The position numbers and the translations under genes were made by a program. Shown here piece by piece: positions 6,433 to 14,746 of a stretch of DNA of 32,000 nucleotides. The notes under the pieces were generated by a model. It saw nothing but the letters and a program-made list of their open reading frames with translations, was not told the DNA's origin and did not search any database. The DNA is from Dubosiella newyorkensis (lineage in GTDB: Bacteria > Bacillota_I > Bacilli_A > Erysipelotrichales > Erysipelotrichaceae), in the NCBI RefSeq assembly GCF_001945605.1, contig NZ_MPKA01000047.1, positions 1-32,000 on the forward strand, given 5' to 3'. Each line of letters begins with the position of its first letter. Within the stretch, counting starts at the first letter, position 1.

Positions 6433-7664
6433 TTCGTCTCGATCTCTGTGATCTGTCCTGCCAACAACATAGACCCATCCTTGCTCTGAAGAACATACGC
6501 GAACGGACGATCCAGTACAAAATCGACCTCTTTTTGAATAAGCGCGGTCGTCTCAAAATCAAGCTTCGTAAAAGCCGCCGCCTCGACCCCCTCTTCATCG
6601 ACCTTGACCCGAACGCCATGACTAACATCATCCACATAGACAGAAGCATCCGTAAGCGGCGAAAAATCAGCCGTATTAGGATCGAACGCGTCCTTCACGC
6701 CAAGATACTGCAACGTCTCTTTTAATGAAAGCATTCGTTCCACATCGAATTTAGGCATCGCCAAATGCACGATCGCCATCTCTTCCTCCGGCTTTGATTC
6801 GCTCTCCCAAAGCGAGCTGAGCGAATCTTTCGGCAAAACGAGCCAAAATACGCCCTCATTTTCGATTGGCAATCCGATCGCCTCATACGCCTCACTATTC
6901 ACATAGGAAGTTGTCAAAGTTTGAGACATGAATGGAACGTTTTGATCCTTTTTTCCATGAAAGAATGAATCGCTCGTCAATGAAGCATCAAACGGATAGA
7001 GCCAGGCGCCTTTAAAATAGAGGGTAGAGATCATCGACATGACTTGCTGTGGATCAAAATCCAGGTCTTTTGTGCTGTTCTTTAAAAGATCTCCCGTATT
7101 TTGATCGATCCAATCCCGCATTTTTTTGGCAAAGGCAGGACTTTGCATATCGCCAATATAAGCCGAAGCATAATAGTCATTCTTTAAAAGCTCCAGCAGC
7201 TTTGTATGATACGTCTCTCTATCCGAAAGCCACAACGAATTGTTCAGCTTGCACGTGATCGTTCCATCATCTTCATAATTGGCTAGCCAAAGCGCCTTCA
7301 TTTTTTTTGAAAGGTCGTTTTGATCGACCCCTAATAAATCGAGCACTTGTTTTTGGGTCTCTCCCGAGGAAGATTGAGCCAACATCCCTAAAGCCAGCGT
7401 CAAATTCAAAGGCGAGATCGTCCGATTCTCGAAATTGTTTTTCATAAAAGCCACGAGCAGCTTTCGATCTAAAACATCCAGCCCTTCTCGATAGCCCTCG
7501 TATTGGTCTTGAAAGCGCGCTTGATCATCCATCCAATCTTCATAGTTATCTTCAGAATACTGGACCATATTCGGATAGGAAGCCACATACGCATCCGTAG
7601 ATGCCGCGCACCCGCTTGCCAAACAAGAACAAAGCGCCAAAATAGACCATCGTTTTGATTGCAT
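6429..7664 (-). CDS. Serpin-family serine protease inhibitor, predicted lipoprotein
   Basis: Hinge and reactive-centre loop EEGVEAAAFTKLDFETTALIQKEVDFVLDRPF, plus PLNLTLALGML and MPKF. I set the start at ATG 7662-7664 (MQSKRWSILALCSCLASGC, lipobox LASGC), which has a GAAAGGA RBS. The longer ORF-track start would overlap metA. Confidence 0.85.
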   Translation of the reverse strand: MQSKRWSILALCSCLASGCAASTDAYVASYPNMVQYSEDNYEDWMDDQARFQDQYEGYREGLDVLDRKLLVAFMKNNFENRTISPLNLTLALGMLAQSSSGETQKQVLDLLGVDQNDLSKKMKALWLANYEDDGTITCKLNNSLWLSDRETYHTKLLELLKNDYYASAYIGDMQSPAFAKKMRDWIDQNTGDLLKNSTKDLDFDPQQVMSMISTLYFKGAWLYPFDASLTSDSFFHGKKDQNVPFMSQTLTTSYVNSEAYEAIGLPIENEGVFWLVLPKDSLSSLWESESKPEEEMAIVHLAMPKFDVERMLSLKETLQYLGVKDAFDPNTADFSPLTDASVYVDDVSHGVRVKVDEEGVEAAAFTKLDFETTALIQKEVDFVLDRPFAYVLQSKDGSMLLAGQITEIETK

Positions 7665-7677
7665 AAATATCCTTTCT

Positions 7678-8595
7678 TCAACCAATATGATCGAGATCAT
7701 ATGGTGTTGTCTGATAGACAATATAGTTGAGCCAATTCGCATACAATAAATTCGCGCTCGATCGCCACTGCATCTTGATCCCCTTTGTCTCATCGTCATC
7801 GATAAAATAATTCACAGGCACATCGATCGGAAGGCCTAGCTTCTTATCCCGCAAATATTCGTCTTCCAGCGTATGCGCGTCGTATTCCGCATGACCTGTC
7901 ACAAAAATCTGCCGACCACCTTCTGTCGAGATCGCAAACACACCCGCTTCCGAAGACGAAGCCAAGATCTTTAGCGCCCCGATCTGCTCGATATCTTCCC
8001 GCAAGATCGTCGTATACCGCGAATGCGGAACAAGGAACGTATCGTCGAACCCCCGAAACAAGATCGACGAAGACCGATCGACCGTATGCCAATAAACGCC
8101 AAACAGTTTTTTATCGAGCATCCGCTTCTGGATCCCATAATGATAATACAAACCGGCTTGGGCACCCCAACAAATATGGAAGCAAGAATAGACATGCGTT
8201 TTCGACCACTCCATGATCTGGCAAAGCTCATCCCAATACTCGACTTGCTCGAACGCCATTTTTTCTACGGGCGCCCCTGTGATGATCATCCCATCAAATT
8301 TTTGATCCTTGATCTGATCGAACGTTTGATAAAACTTTCCTAAATGACTGCTTGAAACGTGCTTCGATTCATGGCTTTTTGTATGGATGAATTCAAGATC
8401 GACTTGGATCGGCGTGTTGCCAAGAAGCCGGGCCAACTGCGTTTCCGTCTCAATCTTTGTCGGCATCAAATTCAAGACGACGATCTTTAAAGGACGAATA
8501 TCTTGCGACAACGCTCTTTTTTCCGTCATCACAAAAATATTCTCATCCAATAACGTTTTTGTCGCTGGCAGATCTTCAGGAATGTTGATCGGCAT
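7678..8595 (-). CDS. metA: Homoserine O-acyltransferase (MetA family)
   Basis: [11 protein letters not shown]...[19 protein letters not shown]...HICWGAQ. The start is taken at ATG 8593-8595, 2 nt after the metY stop. Confidence 0.9.
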   Translation of the reverse strand: MPINIPEDLPATKTLLDENIFVMTEKRALSQDIRPLKIVVLNLMPTKIETETQLARLLGNTPIQVDLEFIHTKSHESKHVSSSHLGKFYQTFDQIKDQKFDGMIITGAPVEKMAFEQVEYWDELCQIMEWSKTHVYSCFHICWGAQAGLYYHYGIQKRMLDKKLFGVYWHTVDRSSSILFRGFDDTFLVPHSRYTTILREDIEQIGALKILASSSEAGVFAISTEGGRQIFVTGHAEYDAHTLEDEYLRDKKLGLPIDVPVNYFIDDDETKGIKMQWRSSANLLYANWLNYIVYQTTPYDLDHIG

Positions 8596-8597
8596 CC

Positions 8598-9881
8598 TTA
8601 ACAAGCCTCCAGCGCTTGCGCGATATCATCGATCAAATCTTCCGTATCTTCTAGACCACAAGAAAGGCGCACTAATCCAGGCGCGATCCCCGCCTTCTTC
8701 AACTCTTCCTCATTCATTTGACGATGCGTCGTGCTCGCAGGATTAAGAACACAACTTCTCGCGTCCGCTACATGCGTTTCGATCGCCGCGATCTTTAAAT
8801 GCTCCATAAAGCGGATCGCCGCTTCTTTGCCCCCGGCCAATTCAAAAGAAACGACACCACAAGAGCCATTTGGCAAATATTTTTGTCCCAATTCATAATA
8901 CGGATCCTCTGGCAGCCCACAATACGTGACCGAGCTCACTTTCGGATGCACCTTTAAAAACTCCGCGACCTTTTGGCCATTTTCACAATGACGAGGCATC
9001 CGAACATGAAGTGATTCCAAACCTAGATTTAAATAAAAAGCATTTTGCGGAGAAGGAATGCTTCCAAGATCCCGCATGAGCTGGGCGGTCGCTTTCGTGA
9101 TATAAGCGCCTTCTTGCCCGAATTGTTTCGTATAGGTCACTCCATGATAGCTTTCGTCTGGTGTAGTCAAACCTGGAAACTTGTCGGCATGCGCTTCCCA
9201 ATCAAAATTCCCGCTATCGATGATCGCTCCGCCTACTGCGCAACCATGGCCATCCATATATTTTGTGGTCGAGTGCGTGACAATGTCCGCCCCCCATTCG
9301 ATCGGTCTGCAGTTGATCGGTGTTGGAAACGTATTGTCCACGATCAAAGGCACCCCATGCGCATGGGCCACTCGAGCAAATTTTTCGATATCTAGAACAC
9401 TTAAGGCGGGATTTGCGATCGTTTCTCCAAACATCGCTTTCGTGTTGTCTTGAAACGCGTGGCTCAGTTCTTCTTCGCTCGCGTTTGGGTCGACAAACGT
9501 GACATCGATCCCCATCCGTTTGAGTGTGACCGCAAAAAGATTGTACGTCCCTCCATAAATCGAAGTCGAGCAAACGATATGATCGCCTGCCTGCGCGATA
9601 TTGAAGACGGCAAAAAAGTTGGCCGCCTGCCCTGAAGAAGTGAGCATCGCCGCGCTTCCTCCTTCGAGCGCGCAGATCTTTGTGGCAACGGCGTCATTCG
9701 TCGGGTTTTGAAGACGCGTATAAAAATACCCATCCGCTTCTAGATCAAATAAAGCCCCCATATCGTCGGCTTTGTCGTATTTAAATGTTGTCGATTGCAC
9801 GATCGGCACTTGGCGTGGCTCTTTATTGCCTGCCCTATATCCTCCTTGCACGCTGATCGTTCCAAGTCCTTGTTTTTTCAT
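8598..9881 (-). CDS. metY: O-acetylhomoserine sulfhydrylase (PLP-dependent Cys/Met metabolism family)
   Basis: GTISVQGGY..., [20 protein letters not shown] (PLP lysine motif). The start is at ATG 9879-9881 with a GGAAGGA RBS. Confidence 0.9.
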   Translation of the reverse strand: MKKQGLGTISVQGGYRAGNKEPRQVPIVQSTTFKYDKADDMGALFDLEADGYFYTRLQNPTNDAVATKICALEGGSAAMLTSSGQAANFFAVFNIAQAGDHIVCSTSIYGGTYNLFAVTLKRMGIDVTFVDPNASEEELSHAFQDNTKAMFGETIANPALSVLDIEKFARVAHAHGVPLIVDNTFPTPINCRPIEWGADIVTHSTTKYMDGHGCAVGGAIIDSGNFDWEAHADKFPGLTTPDESYHGVTYTKQFGQEGAYITKATAQLMRDLGSIPSPQNAFYLNLGLESLHVRMPRHCENGQKVAEFLKVHPKVSSVTYCGLPEDPYYELGQKYLPNGSCGVVSFELAGGKEAAIRFMEHLKIAAIETHVADARSCVLNPASTTHRQMNEEELKKAGIAPGLVRLSCGLEDTEDLIDDIAQALEAC

Positions 9882-9896
9882 ATGTGTTTCCTTCCT

Positions 9897-10118
9897 AAAA
9901 AAAAGGCTTTCGCCATAGGACGAAAGCCGTGTTACCACCTATATTCGTGGAGATGATCCACCTCTAACCCGATAAAGGCGGGCACCATTCTGCCTTACCT
10001 ATCAGACAGACAGCTCCAAGACCATGTTCCTTCCTTCATTGTTGGCTATTTTCACCGCCCAAAGCCTCTCTGAAAACAAATGAAAGGAGTACTCTTCTTT
10101 TCATAGCTTTTCAATCTT
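9897..10118 (-). promoter_or_regulatory. T-box riboswitch leader, probable Met (AUG) specifier
   Basis: Read on the minus strand:
- AGAGAG bulge (10065-10072).
- GGUGAAA distal loop (10049-10056).
- GAAGGAACAUGG with AUG at 10023-10025.
- T-box core AGGUGGUAACACGG (9927-9940).
- Terminator GGCUUUCG-UCCUAUGG-CGAAAGCC plus U8 (9897-9928). Confidence 0.8.
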
Positions 10119-10124
10119 GGAGTT

Positions 10125-10153
10125 AGTGTACCATAAATCGCGAATCGTGAAAA
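10125..10153 (-). promoter_or_regulatory. Candidate promoter of the T-box/metY operon
   Basis: The minus strand reads TTTTCA (10148-10153), a 17-nt spacer ending in TGG, then TACACT (10125-10130). This resembles an extended -10 promoter. Confidence 0.35.
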
Positions 10154-10158
10154 CCTTC

Positions 10159-11370
10159 TTATTGATTGTTTTTACGTAAAAAATCAATAGCCTTGCGTTG
10201 AACGAGCTGAGCAGCGACGGCTTCAGCCGGAACGAACATCTGCAATTGCTGAGCTGGCATTTGATAAACGCTCGCCAACAAATTATATTCTTTTTCGATC
10301 TCTTCTTGGTCGACTTGGATCTGCTCTTTTTCGGCGATCGCCGCTAAGATCAAAGCTTGCTTGATTTCCTGCTCGGCGCTTGGAGCCATTTGTTTTTTGA
10401 AATCATCCAACGTCTGGCCGGTCATTTCCATATATTGATTGAAATCCATGCCATATTGTTGGATCTGGCTTTGAAGCTCATTGAGATGCTGAGCGACTTG
10501 ATTGTCGATCATCGCTTGCGGCACTTCCACTTTCGCTTGCTGAACGACTTGATCGAGGATCTCCATCGCCTGCTTGTTTTCAGCCTCTTGCTCTTTCATC
10601 TTTGTAAGCTGTTCTTTCGTTACGGCTTTGAGCTGTTCGACCGTCTTGATCTCTTCATGGCCTAATTTTTCAACATACGCGTCGCTTAATTCTGGTTTGA
10701 CTTGTTCTTGAACGGCTTTGCAGTTGATCTTGAAAACAACTGGCTGTCCAGCAAGCGTAGGTTCAAAATAATCTTCTGGGAACGAAACGTTGATCTCGCG
10801 CTCTTCCCCTTTTTTGATGCCGATCAATTGATCTTCAAAACCTGGGATGAATGAATTCGATCCTAAAATGAGCGGATAGTCTTTGGCGCTTCCGCCTTCA
10901 AAAGGCACCCCGTCCTTTTCGCCAGTGAAATCGATCAATACTTGATTTCCGTTTTCCGCTGGCGTATCGACATCTTCCCAAAGCGATTGCGACTGGATCT
11001 GGCGATTGACTTCTTCAAGCACCTGCTCGTCGTTGACATCCACCGCTTCTTTTAAGATATTGAAGCCAGTGTATTGTCCTAAAGTGACTTCTGGGACAAG
11101 CGGACATGTGATCGTGACTTCAATGGCGCCATCTTCTTCGTCTTTGACATCCACTTTCGGCTCGCTGGCCAGCTTCAAGCCTTTCTCTTCGAAAACAGCT
11201 TGGATCGCTTTGCTTGCTTCCATGTGGATCGCGTATTGACGGTTGGCGGCTTCATCCTCATTTCCTGTGATTTCAGCTGCTTTTTTGATTGCTTCTTCTA
11301 ATTCTTCTTTATTGATGTTCAAAGTGATCACAGCAATTTCTTTATTTAGATCTTTAATTGTAAAACTCAT
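10159..11370 (-). CDS. tig: Trigger-factor-like chaperone (FKBP-type PPIase core), N-domain lacks the GFRxGxxP motif
   Basis: 403 aa. PPIase segment GNQVLIDFTGEKDGVPFEGGSAKDYPLILGSNSFIPGFEDQLIGIKKGE and a long helical C-domain typical of trigger factor. The N-domain reads ...AIKKAAEITGNEDEAANRQYAIHMEA... where GFR(K/P)GKxP is expected. Confidence 0.75.
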   Translation of the reverse strand: MSFTIKDLNKEIAVITLNINKEELEEAIKKAAEITGNEDEAANRQYAIHMEASKAIQAVFEEKGLKLASEPKVDVKDEEDGAIEVTITCPLVPEVTLGQYTGFNILKEAVDVNDEQVLEEVNRQIQSQSLWEDVDTPAENGNQVLIDFTGEKDGVPFEGGSAKDYPLILGSNSFIPGFEDQLIGIKKGEEREINVSFPEDYFEPTLAGQPVVFKINCKAVQEQVKPELSDAYVEKLGHEEIKTVEQLKAVTKEQLTKMKEQEAENKQAMEILDQVVQQAKVEVPQAMIDNQVAQHLNELQSQIQQYGMDFNQYMEMTGQTLDDFKKQMAPSAEQEIKQALILAAIAEKEQIQVDQEEIEKEYNLLASVYQMPAQQLQMFVPAEAVAAQLVQRKAIDFLRKNNQ

Positions 11371-11385
11371 AGTTCCATCTTCTTT

Positions 11386-11418
11386 CTAAAAGGAGCTATA
11401 AGACAGACTTACAGCTCC
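11386..11418 (-). terminator. Hairpin terminator between the 92-aa gene and the TF-like gene
   Basis: Minus strand: GGAGCUGUAAG-UCUGU-CUUAUAGCUCC (11 bp, one G-U) followed by UUUUAG. Only about 15 nt separate it from the tig-like ATG. Confidence 0.6.
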
Positions 11419-11426
11419 TATGTTAT

Positions 11427-11705
11427 TTATGCGTTTCTTTCGTCTACGACTTCGGCTTCCTTCAAGAAGTCTTCTACTTGCTCTGCGTCCAAGAACGCAT
11501 GCTCCAATTGGTCGTATACTGTAGATAAAGAATTCAATTCGCTAGAAATATCGTCTGTTCCTTCTTTTGCTTTTGTCTCAAGTGAATTTGTCACCAACTC
11601 AAGAACGCTTTGGGCTTTGACGATATGAGCCTTGATTTCTTCCATCGTTTCGGCTTGATTTTCTACTAACTCTTTTTGAGTCAACAATTCAGTTTTTTCT
11701 GCCAT
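11427..11705 (-). CDS. Small acidic, predicted all-helical hypothetical protein (92 aa)
   Basis: By my count, 23 Asp/Glu versus 8 Lys/Arg. There are no Cys or Trp residues. I recognise no family. Confidence 0.55.
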   Translation of the reverse strand: MAEKTELLTQKELVENQAETMEEIKAHIVKAQSVLELVTNSLETKAKEGTDDISSELNSLSTVYDQLEHAFLDAEQVEDFLKEAEVVDERNA

Positions 11706-11736
11706 AATTTACACCTCATTTCGATAGCTTCTAATG

Positions 11737-12654
11737 CTATTGTACCTTTTTCGATACGATACCAATAACAAAATGCCTAACATTCTCTTTCGGCTTTCCG
11801 ACCAATAGCAGCGGCTTTTGATACACTCTATAAAGCGTGTCGAGATCGATGGAACAAGATGCATCGTTCAAGAACACAAAATCGATCGCTTCCTCTTTCA
11901 GCAAGTCGATATCGAAAGGCTCCACGAAATTCTCCAACGGATAGGCCGGTCCTCGATCATCATGGACCAAGTAGGCAGAAGAAGGATCGTAATGGTCGAT
12001 TTGAAGACCGAGCTTGGCGGCGGAGTCGACCTTTTCCAATAAAAGCTTCGTATAAACCATTGCCAATCGCCGATAATGACACGCTTTTCGGCATTGTTTG
12101 GTTTGAGCGTTCAAGATCCCCGCATTGACAAAAGGATCGGATGTGATCGAAAAAGGATCGGCTTGACAGATCCAATAATGGACCAAATCTTTGAATCGAG
12201 AAAAACACGTATACGCAAAATTCAAGTAGGTGTCGATCGTCTGTCGCGAGCTCCACCCTTGATTGGATAAGGCAAGGTCAAGAGGCATCAAGCTTTGACA
12301 AAGGATCACGATCGGCTCAATGTCATGCTTAGAAAGCGTTTCAAACAACTCTTGATAGATGGCGATTCCTTCTTCGTTGGGATATTCTTCATCGCCGCGG
12401 GGAAAAAGGATCGACCAAGAGATCGTCATGACGATCGAATCGCAATGGCGATCGAGCGCCGCTTGAATCTCGTCCTGCAGCTTTTTTTTGATGATTTGCG
12501 GATCTTGTCGAAACGCTCTAGAATGGATATGGTCCTTGAGGCGTTCTTGATCAATGGCTGGATCGATATCGCGAAGACAAAGTCCTCTTCCAGCCTCGAC
12601 CCCTTGTTCGTCAAGCGCAGTGCAATCAATGAGCTTTCCAGTAAAAAAAGTCAT
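11737..12654 (-). CDS. Shortened glycoside hydrolase family 1-like protein lacking both catalytic glutamates (probable pseudoenzyme or relic)
   Basis: MTISWSILFPRGDEEYPNEEGIAIYQELFETLSKHDIEPIVILCQSLMPLDL...GWSSRQTIDTYLNFAYTCFSRFKDLVHYW is collinear with GH1. The NE(P/I) acid/base motif reads QADP. The (I/V)xENG nucleophile motif reads LLVGKP. It is 305 aa versus about 470. AAAGGAG RBS. Confidence 0.65.
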   Translation of the reverse strand: MTFFTGKLIDCTALDEQGVEAGRGLCLRDIDPAIDQERLKDHIHSRAFRQDPQIIKKKLQDEIQAALDRHCDSIVMTISWSILFPRGDEEYPNEEGIAIYQELFETLSKHDIEPIVILCQSLMPLDLALSNQGWSSRQTIDTYLNFAYTCFSRFKDLVHYWICQADPFSITSDPFVNAGILNAQTKQCRKACHYRRLAMVYTKLLLEKVDSAAKLGLQIDHYDPSSAYLVHDDRGPAYPLENFVEPFDIDLLKEEAIDFVFLNDASCSIDLDTLYRVYQKPLLLVGKPKENVRHFVIGIVSKKVQ

Positions 12655-12763
12655 TCGAGCTCCTTTCTATATCGATCTTTCATTTCGAACAGTTATATAT
12701 CTTTTGTTTATTATACCTCTAAGCTTTCATATAGGTGTACAATTGAACTTAAATGCGGAAAGG

Positions 12764-13564
12764 ATGAGCAGATTGAATCGTTTTGAACAAGAAGTAGAAG
12801 AAGAGATCCAAGAAGAGATCGAGATCGAGCAGATCCAGACAAGTGATGAAAATGAATTTGAAGTTGATTTTCTAGAATGCGAAAAACGACACGTTTTTTT
12901 ATTGTTGATGTTTGTAGGCGGCTTTTATGGGGCGTTTACCTATTCGATTCGCGGAGGCGTCTTCTGTAACGCGCAGACTGCGAACTTCGTAATGCTCGCC
13001 ATGTCGTTCGGGACAGGCAACTGGCAGAAAGGCCTGTATTATTTGGTGCCGATTTCTGCGTATTTGTTGGGAACGATCGTTTCGGAAGCTTTGCCTAACC
13101 CGATCAAAAAACATCACCTGTTCCGGTGGGATACGATTTTGATCGGAATCGAGATCGCCGCTGTTCTTTTTTTGGGATTTCTGCCAGAAAGCACGCCTTT
13201 TCAAATCACGCAGATCACGATCAATGTCATCACCTCGATGCAGTATAACACGTTTCGGCAAGCAAGAGGGATCCCGATGGCCACCACGTTTTGCACCAAC
13301 CATGTCCGTCAGCTAGGGATCCATATCGTCAAAGCGTATAAACACCGAAAAGACCAAAGCGTCCGTTCTAGGGCCTTGCTTCATTTGGGAATGCTGGCTA
13401 TTTTCGCGCTTGGCGGAATGATCTCCGCGTATTTGTGCACGGTCTTTCAAGGCAAAGCGATCTGGTTCACGCTTTTGCCACTCGGATTTATTTTTATCCA
13501 GCTCGTCTATGCGGATCTCTATAAAGAAAAAGAAGTTTTCGACCGTATTCCAAAAGGACACTAA
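12764..13564 (+). CDS. YoaK-family (DUF1275) membrane protein with an acidic N-terminal extension
   Basis: GGFYGAFTYSIRGGVFCNAQTANFVM is typical of DUF1275. The start is chosen at ATG 12764 (GGAAAGG RBS); the longer ORF-track start overlaps the divergent gene. Confidence 0.7.
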   Translation: MSRLNRFEQEVEEEIQEEIEIEQIQTSDENEFEVDFLECEKRHVFLLLMFVGGFYGAFTYSIRGGVFCNAQTANFVMLAMSFGTGNWQKGLYYLVPISAYLLGTIVSEALPNPIKKHHLFRWDTILIGIEIAAVLFLGFLPESTPFQITQITINVITSMQYNTFRQARGIPMATTFCTNHVRQLGIHIVKAYKHRKDQSVRSRALLHLGMLAIFALGGMISAYLCTVFQGKAIWFTLLPLGFIFIQLVYADLYKEKEVFDRIPKGH

Positions 13565-13682
13565 AAAACTTCTTTCTTCTCAGGGATACCTTGCATGATC
13601 AATGTGTGCGTTCCACAAAAAATCTATCCCCTTATCTTTATCATACGCTTTTTGTCTGTAAATAGATATAACAATTTCTATT

Positions 13683-14702
13683 TTATTCGTTTTCAAGCTT
13701 CCAATACGCTTCCTTTTGTTGGGTCGACAAATCATCGATAAAGCGCTGCTTGCATTGGACAAAAGCAGACAAGTCCATCAAGATGTGAAACAGGATCGCT
13801 CTAGATTCAAATTCTTCCCGAGTTTCAGGAAGCGGTTCTTGCCGCATTTTATTCAAAATAGCTTTCAGCTCCTCTTTTTGCTGGATCGGCTCGTAGGAAT
13901 CCATGATGTAGCGATTCAAACATTTGATGAAATGAATGATCGTATGAACTTGCTTGGGTTGAAGCTTCAAACGAGAAAGCTTGTCTTCTAGATTTTTGAG
14001 AACCGTGCATTGAGCAAGGCGCATACGAAAATATTCGACATAATAATCTGTATGCGATTGAAACGTATTGTCTTCAAAGTCTTTGGCAAGTTCAAGATTC
14101 GAAGACAAATGCTTTTCATATTTCTTAAGCTCAAGCCTTTGATGCTTGGAACGCTCTAGATTCCAGGCGATCGAATCTAAAATTTGGATCAATTCCTTTT
14201 CGCTCTGTGTCATACGATGGACAAGTTCTTTTTGCGTCATTTTACGCGAGTAGAATTGATTGATCAAAAGCGCGGCCGAAACGCCGATCAGAACGATCAA
14301 AAATTCATTGACCACATTTTCATAGCCAAAATTTCTTCCATCGATAAAATGGGCGCAGATCACTCCATTGACAGCGAGCGTAGACATGAGTTTGAATTTT
14401 TTACAGAACCAAAACAAAAGCGTCAAGACGATCCCAAAGCTTACGATCGGATCATGGATCACATAAACAACGCCAAACGTGAGCACGACCGTGACAAAAA
14501 AGGTCAAAAGCCGATAGATTGTCAGCCGTATCGTGTCCCATTTGCTCGAAAGCAAAGTGATCAAAGCGATCGTTCCCGTCGAATAAGGATGTTTGATCCC
14601 GATCCAATGCGCCAAAGAAACAGCGAGGATCGTTCCGATCCCGATCTTGATGCCGGCAATCAGCGTTTTTTTGAATCGGATCGATACATGGAATTTCTGC
14701 AT
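13683..14702 (-). CDS. Aromatic acid exporter / FUSC-like family membrane protein
   Basis: 339 aa. The N-terminal half has about 5 TM helices (GIKIGIGTILAVSLAHW...) and the C-terminal half is a soluble helical region, as in YgaE/ArAE-type proteins. Confidence 0.55.
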   Translation of the reverse strand: MQKFHVSIRFKKTLIAGIKIGIGTILAVSLAHWIGIKHPYSTGTIALITLLSSKWDTIRLTIYRLLTFFVTVVLTFGVVYVIHDPIVSFGIVLTLLFWFCKKFKLMSTLAVNGVICAHFIDGRNFGYENVVNEFLIVLIGVSAALLINQFYSRKMTQKELVHRMTQSEKELIQILDSIAWNLERSKHQRLELKKYEKHLSSNLELAKDFEDNTFQSHTDYYVEYFRMRLAQCTVLKNLEDKLSRLKLQPKQVHTIIHFIKCLNRYIMDSYEPIQQKEELKAILNKMRQEPLPETREEFESRAILFHILMDLSAFVQCKQRFIDDLSTQQKEAYWKLENE

Positions 14703-14746
14703 ATAACAATTATGCCATATAATCTCAATAAGAAAGGAACTTTTTT

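Noticed and set aside
7665-7799. N-terminal extensions given by the ORF track: serpin 7665..7799, metY 9882..9938, metA 8596..8604, YoaK-like 12554..12763, scrA 27294..27398, scrR 27406..27462, lipoprotein 15710..15769.
   Set aside because: In each case the extension overlaps a neighbouring gene, leader or promoter and lacks an RBS. An internal start with a GGAGG-type RBS, or with a signal peptide or domain boundary, fits better.
9882-10118. Possibility that the metY leader is an S-box (SAM-I) riboswitch.
   Set aside because: The S-box core elements are absent. The T-box core (GGUGGUAACACGG overlapping the terminator 5' arm), the AGAGA bulge and the GGUGAAA loop are all present.
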